The notes under the pieces: model-generated
Seen by the model: the letters and a program-made list of their open reading frames with translations, nothing else
What the model was told of the DNA's origin: nothing
Databases searched by the model: none
Assembly: GCA_024690965.1 (NCBI GenBank)
Contig: JAILOG010000016.1
Coordinates: forward strand, 204,410-268,409
Reading direction: 5' to 3'
Source: Clostridiales bacterium
GTDB lineage: Bacteria; Bacillota; Clostridia; Oscillospirales; Acutalibacteraceae
Length of the DNA stretch: 64,000 nucleotides
Made by a program: the position numbers and the translations under genes
Shown: one piece after another, positions 60,754 to 64,000 of the stretch
Layout: each line of letters starts with the position of its first letter
Position numbering within the stretch: the stretch's first letter is position 1

Positions 60754-62538
60754 TTATTCTTCTTTCTTTTTAAGCTCTATGCCCAATACGTCAAGGCTGT
60801 CCTTGTCTACAGGAGAGGGACACGATGACATAAGCTCAGACGCATTTTGAACCTTCGGGAACGCGGTAACATCACGAAGATTGTCGTTGCCCGTTAGTAT
60901 CATCGCAAGTCTGTCAAGGCCTATCCCCATGCCTGCGTGCGGCGGAGCGCCGTATCTGTAAGCGTCTACGAGGAAGCCGAATTTTGCCTCTATTTCGGCG
61001 TCGCTCATATTAAGCGCGCGGAACATCTTTTGCTGCAATTCCGAGTCGGTGATTCTTACGGATCCGCTTGAAAGCTCTGTGCCGTTGAGGACAAGGTCGT
61101 ATGCCTTTGCTATTACCTTTTCGGGATCGCTTTCAAGGTACTGCAAGCACTCCTCTTTGGGCATTGTAAACGGATGGTGCATGGCAAGCCACTCACCTGT
61201 TTCTTCGTCTTGCTCAAAGAACGGGAAATCAACTATCCAAAGCAAATTATATTTACCCTGAGGAATAATATCAAGCTGCTTCGCTACTTTTAATCTCAAT
61301 GCGCCCAATGTGGGAAGTACAACGCTGTTTTTGTCCGCGACAAAAAGAACCACATCACCTTTTTCCGCGCCGACACGCTCAAGTATCGCCTCAAGCTCGC
61401 CGTCTTTCATAAATTTCGCAAATGAACAAGTAGGCGCGTCATCTATCCAGCGCACAAACGCAAGGCCTTTGGCTCCTATGCCCTTAACAAACTCGGTAAG
61501 CTTGTCTATTTCTTTTCTTGTTAGCTTTTCAGCGCCGTTTTTGGCAACAATAGCTCTTACACTGCCGCCGTTTTCAACCGCTGATTTAAACACGCCGAAT
61601 TCTGTGTTCTTAACAAGGTCTGAAACGTTTACTATTTCCATTCCGAAACGTGTATCGGGCTTGTCTGAACCGAATCTGTCCATCGCTTCTCTGAATGAGA
61701 GTCTCGGCAGGGGCAACGTAACGTCTACATCAAGTATCTCCTTAAACAAACGCTTCATAAAGCCTTCGCATATCTCTAAAACATCGTCAACATCTACAAA
61801 TGACATTTCAAGGTCTATCTGTGTAAACTCAGGCTGACGGTCGGCACGCAGATCTTCGTCACGGAAGCAGCGTGCAAGCTGAATATATCTGTCAAAGCCT
61901 GAAAGCATAAGAAGTTGCTTATAGATTTGCGGAGACTGGGGCAACGCGTAGAATTTACCCGGGTGAACTCTTGAGGGAACAAGATAGTCTCTTGCGCCTT
62001 CGGGAGTTGATTTTATCATCATGGGAGTTTCTATATCTATAAAGCCGTTCTCGTAAAAATAGTCTCTTGCTACCTTTGCGATTTTGCTTCTTAACATAAT
62101 GCTTTCCTGCAAGGGTCTTCTTCTTAAATCGAGATAACGGTATTTAAGTCTTAATTCTTCATTTACGTTTGTTTCGTCAAGTATCTCAAAAGGCGGTGTT
62201 TCAGCCTTTGAGAGTATTCTTAATTCTTTTACCTCAAGCTCGATTTCACCTGTGGGTATCTCATAATTCTTTGAGCTGCGCTCTCTTACTATACCCTTTG
62301 CGGCAAGAACATACTCTCCCCTTATTCCAAACGCCTTGTTGAATATCTCGCGGTCTGTGTTGCTGTCAAAAGCGAGCTGGGTTATTCCCGTGCGGTCTCT
62401 CAAATCAATGAAAATAAGTTGGCCCAGATCCCTTTGTCTTTGCACCCAGCCACATAAAGTTACCTCTTTGCCGCAGTCAGACAATCTCAATTCTCCGCAG
62501 TAGCAGCTGCGTTTCATACCTTGCATACTTTCAGCCAT
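60754..62538 (-). CDS. aspS: Aspartate--tRNA ligase
   Basis: SCYCGELRLSDCGKEVTLCGWVQRQRDLG N-terminal OB anticodon-binding domain. Class II motifs (FRDEDLRADRQPEFTQIDLE, GGSVRI, GMGIGLDRL). Start MAESMQGMKRS at 62538 with GAAGGAA upstream. MKRS at 62517 is possible. Confidence 0.93.
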   Translation of the reverse strand: MAESMQGMKRSCYCGELRLSDCGKEVTLCGWVQRQRDLGQLIFIDLRDRTGITQLAFDSNTDREIFNKAFGIRGEYVLAAKGIVRERSSKNYEIPTGEIELEVKELRILSKAETPPFEILDETNVNEELRLKYRYLDLRRRPLQESIMLRSKIAKVARDYFYENGFIDIETPMMIKSTPEGARDYLVPSRVHPGKFYALPQSPQIYKQLLMLSGFDRYIQLARCFRDEDLRADRQPEFTQIDLEMSFVDVDDVLEICEGFMKRLFKEILDVDVTLPLPRLSFREAMDRFGSDKPDTRFGMEIVNVSDLVKNTEFGVFKSAVENGGSVRAIVAKNGAEKLTRKEIDKLTEFVKGIGAKGLAFVRWIDDAPTCSFAKFMKDGELEAILERVGAEKGDVVLFVADKNSVVLPTLGALRLKVAKQLDIIPQGKYNLLWIVDFPFFEQDEETGEWLAMHHPFTMPKEECLQYLESDPEKVIAKAYDLVLNGTELSSGSVRITDSELQQKMFRALNMSDAEIEAKFGFLVDAYRYGAPPHAGMGIGLDRLAMILTGNDNLRDVTAFPKVQNASELMSSCPSPVDKDSLDVLGIELKKKEE

Positions 62539-62578
62539 AATTAACATTTCCTTCTTTCTTTATGTTAAACAAATGCAT

Positions 62579-63853
62579 TTATTTTAAAAATCCAACGGTA
62601 AAGGTCTCGAAAAATCTTTCATCCAGGCAAATGTCAAACTTTTCGCCGGTTTGCATATTTTTCATAACCGCCTTCTTTGTGTTTACTTCATCGTCGCCTA
62701 TAACGACAGTAAAACGCGCGCCGATTTTATCGGCATATTTCATCTGTGCCTTTAAGCTACGCGAGCAAATATCACAATCAGCGTAAATGCCGCTGTTGCG
62801 AACCTCACGCGTTAATCTGAAAGCTTCTTTTTGCCCCGGTTCGCCAAGTCCGATAAAATAAACACCGCAATTTTCAGGCTCTGGCAATTCAATGTTAAGG
62901 GCTTCCATTAAGCTTAAAAGACGCTCCATTCCCAACGCGAATCCCAAAGCCGGCATTGCCTGACCGCCAAGCTCTTCAACAAGCCCGTCGTATCTTCCGC
63001 CGCCGCAAACGGTGCCTTGAGCGCCTATGCTGTCGCTGACAAACTCAAACACAGTTTTTGTATAATAATCAAGACCTCTTACGATTTTAGGGTTAACTGT
63101 ATATTTAACCCCCATACAATCAAGCAGTTCTCTTACCTTATTAAAGTGAAGTGAACATTCATCGCACAGGTAATCGAGAACAGTAGGCGCATCCTCTGCT
63201 ATTTGCTTGCATACGGGGCTTTTGCAGTCAAGAATTCTCATTGGATTTCTGTCTAAACGTGAAAGGCAGGTTTCACAAAGCTTATCTTTATACTGCGAGA
63301 AATAATCTTTTAAAGCCTGCTGGAATTTAGCTCTGCAAGTGGGACAACCGATAGAGTTTATTTCTAACCTTAAATCCGTTATGCGCATTCTTTTAAACAT
63401 TGAGTCAACCGTACATATCAGATCTGCGTCTGCGCTCGGCGATTGTGTTCCGTAAAGCTCCATACCAAACTGATGAAATTCACGGTATCTTCCTGCCTGC
63501 GGCTTTTCGTATCTGTAACACGATGTATTATAATATACCTTTATAGGCAAACCGTCGTTGTAAACCGCGTTTTCAAGCATAGCGCGCGCCGCACCCGCAG
63601 TACCCTCGGGGCGCAGTGTTATAGATGTCCCGCCCTTTGTGTTAAAGGTATACATTTCTTTTTGTACAACGTCTGTTGTCTCCCCCACGCTTCTGTTAAA
63701 AAGCTCAGTATGCTCAAACACGGGGGTTCTTATTTCTTTATATCCGCAAAGCTTTGCCTCATCGCTTAACAGCTTTTCAACAAACTGCCATTTATATGAC
63801 TGCGAGGGCAAAACGTCTTGGGTACCTTTTACTCTTTTTGTAATCAAGTTCAT
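62579..63853 (-). CDS. hisS: Histidine--tRNA ligase
   Basis: KGTQDVLPSQSYKWQFVE ... RTPVFEHTELF ... FHQFGMELYG, then GGGRYDGL. Start assigned to MNLITK (63853). In-frame upstream starts at 63880 and 63892 cannot be excluded. Confidence 0.9.
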   Translation of the reverse strand: MNLITKRVKGTQDVLPSQSYKWQFVEKLLSDEAKLCGYKEIRTPVFEHTELFNRSVGETTDVVQKEMYTFNTKGGTSITLRPEGTAGAARAMLENAVYNDGLPIKVYYNTSCYRYEKPQAGRYREFHQFGMELYGTQSPSADADLICTVDSMFKRMRITDLRLEINSIGCPTCRAKFQQALKDYFSQYKDKLCETCLSRLDRNPMRILDCKSPVCKQIAEDAPTVLDYLCDECSLHFNKVRELLDCMGVKYTVNPKIVRGLDYYTKTVFEFVSDSIGAQGTVCGGGRYDGLVEELGGQAMPALGFALGMERLLSLMEALNIELPEPENCGVYFIGLGEPGQKEAFRLTREVRNSGIYADCDICSRSLKAQMKYADKIGARFTVVIGDDEVNTKKAVMKNMQTGEKFDICLDERFFETFTVGFLK

Positions 63854-64000
63854 ATCAATACACACAGCAATACCGCACATATTATAATGCACGGTATTTT
63901 ACAGCAATTCTCCTCAATTAATTTTATGTTCTTACTATATTTCTCCAGTCCAGATCTCCCCGCTCTAAGCCGTGGATAAGCATTTCGGCTGTTGCTATGT

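Noticed and set aside
63893-64000. Possible T-box or terminator upstream of hisS
   Set aside because: Only about 108 nt are available in the window. No T-box sequence is visible. It cannot be assessed.

Overview
The window is Firmicutes/Clostridia-type chromosomal DNA of roughly 42% GC. The gene content points to a spore-forming Ruminococcaceae organism of the Ruminococcus bromii kind. Three secreted proteins carry type-I dockerin modules: a GH13 alpha-amylase with a CBM26-like C-terminal domain, a 1439-aa multidomain protein, and a BMP-family binding protein. A sporulation-linked core cluster is present (yabM/spoVB-like, mazG/yabN, hbs, yabO), and sigG is also encoded. Most of the window is densely packed housekeeping genes. 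In order: uvrB N-terminus, mrdA-mreD-mreC-mreB plus a MurE-family ligase, trmO, two COG0523 GTPases (one with a His-rich repeat), a TSCPD protein, the yab cluster, a hemN-like/MBL/dtd/relA/recJ operon, ylxM-ffh-rpsP-KH, sigG, proS, metG, murA, a TIGR03960/TIGR03936 radical-SAM pair, tgt, and aspS-hisS. Accessory content follows. It includes an SPFH(YdjI-like) protein with a polyQ tract and four zinc ribbons, translationally coupled to a lipoprotein. It includes an orphan Sfp-type PPTase. It includes a 10-gene glycan biosynthesis cluster at 43.6-53.4 kb. The cluster carries an initiating sugar transferase, a split transketolase, two GT4, four GT2 (three tandem paralogs) and an EpsG-family polymerase. 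It also includes a MIF-like tautomerase. The last accessory item is an IS481-family insertion next to tgt, flanked by 28-bp direct repeats drawn from a 23-bp tandem repeat. Immediately after it comes a consensus sigma-A promoter, a G10 homopolymer and a small ORF/sRNA unit, convergent with a duplicated CxxC/CxxH Cys-rich protein. No CRISPR array, rRNA or tRNA was seen. Several consensus -35/17 bp/-10 promoters and intrinsic terminators can be read directly. All functional calls rest on motif-level recognition by eye. Database searches would be needed to confirm them.
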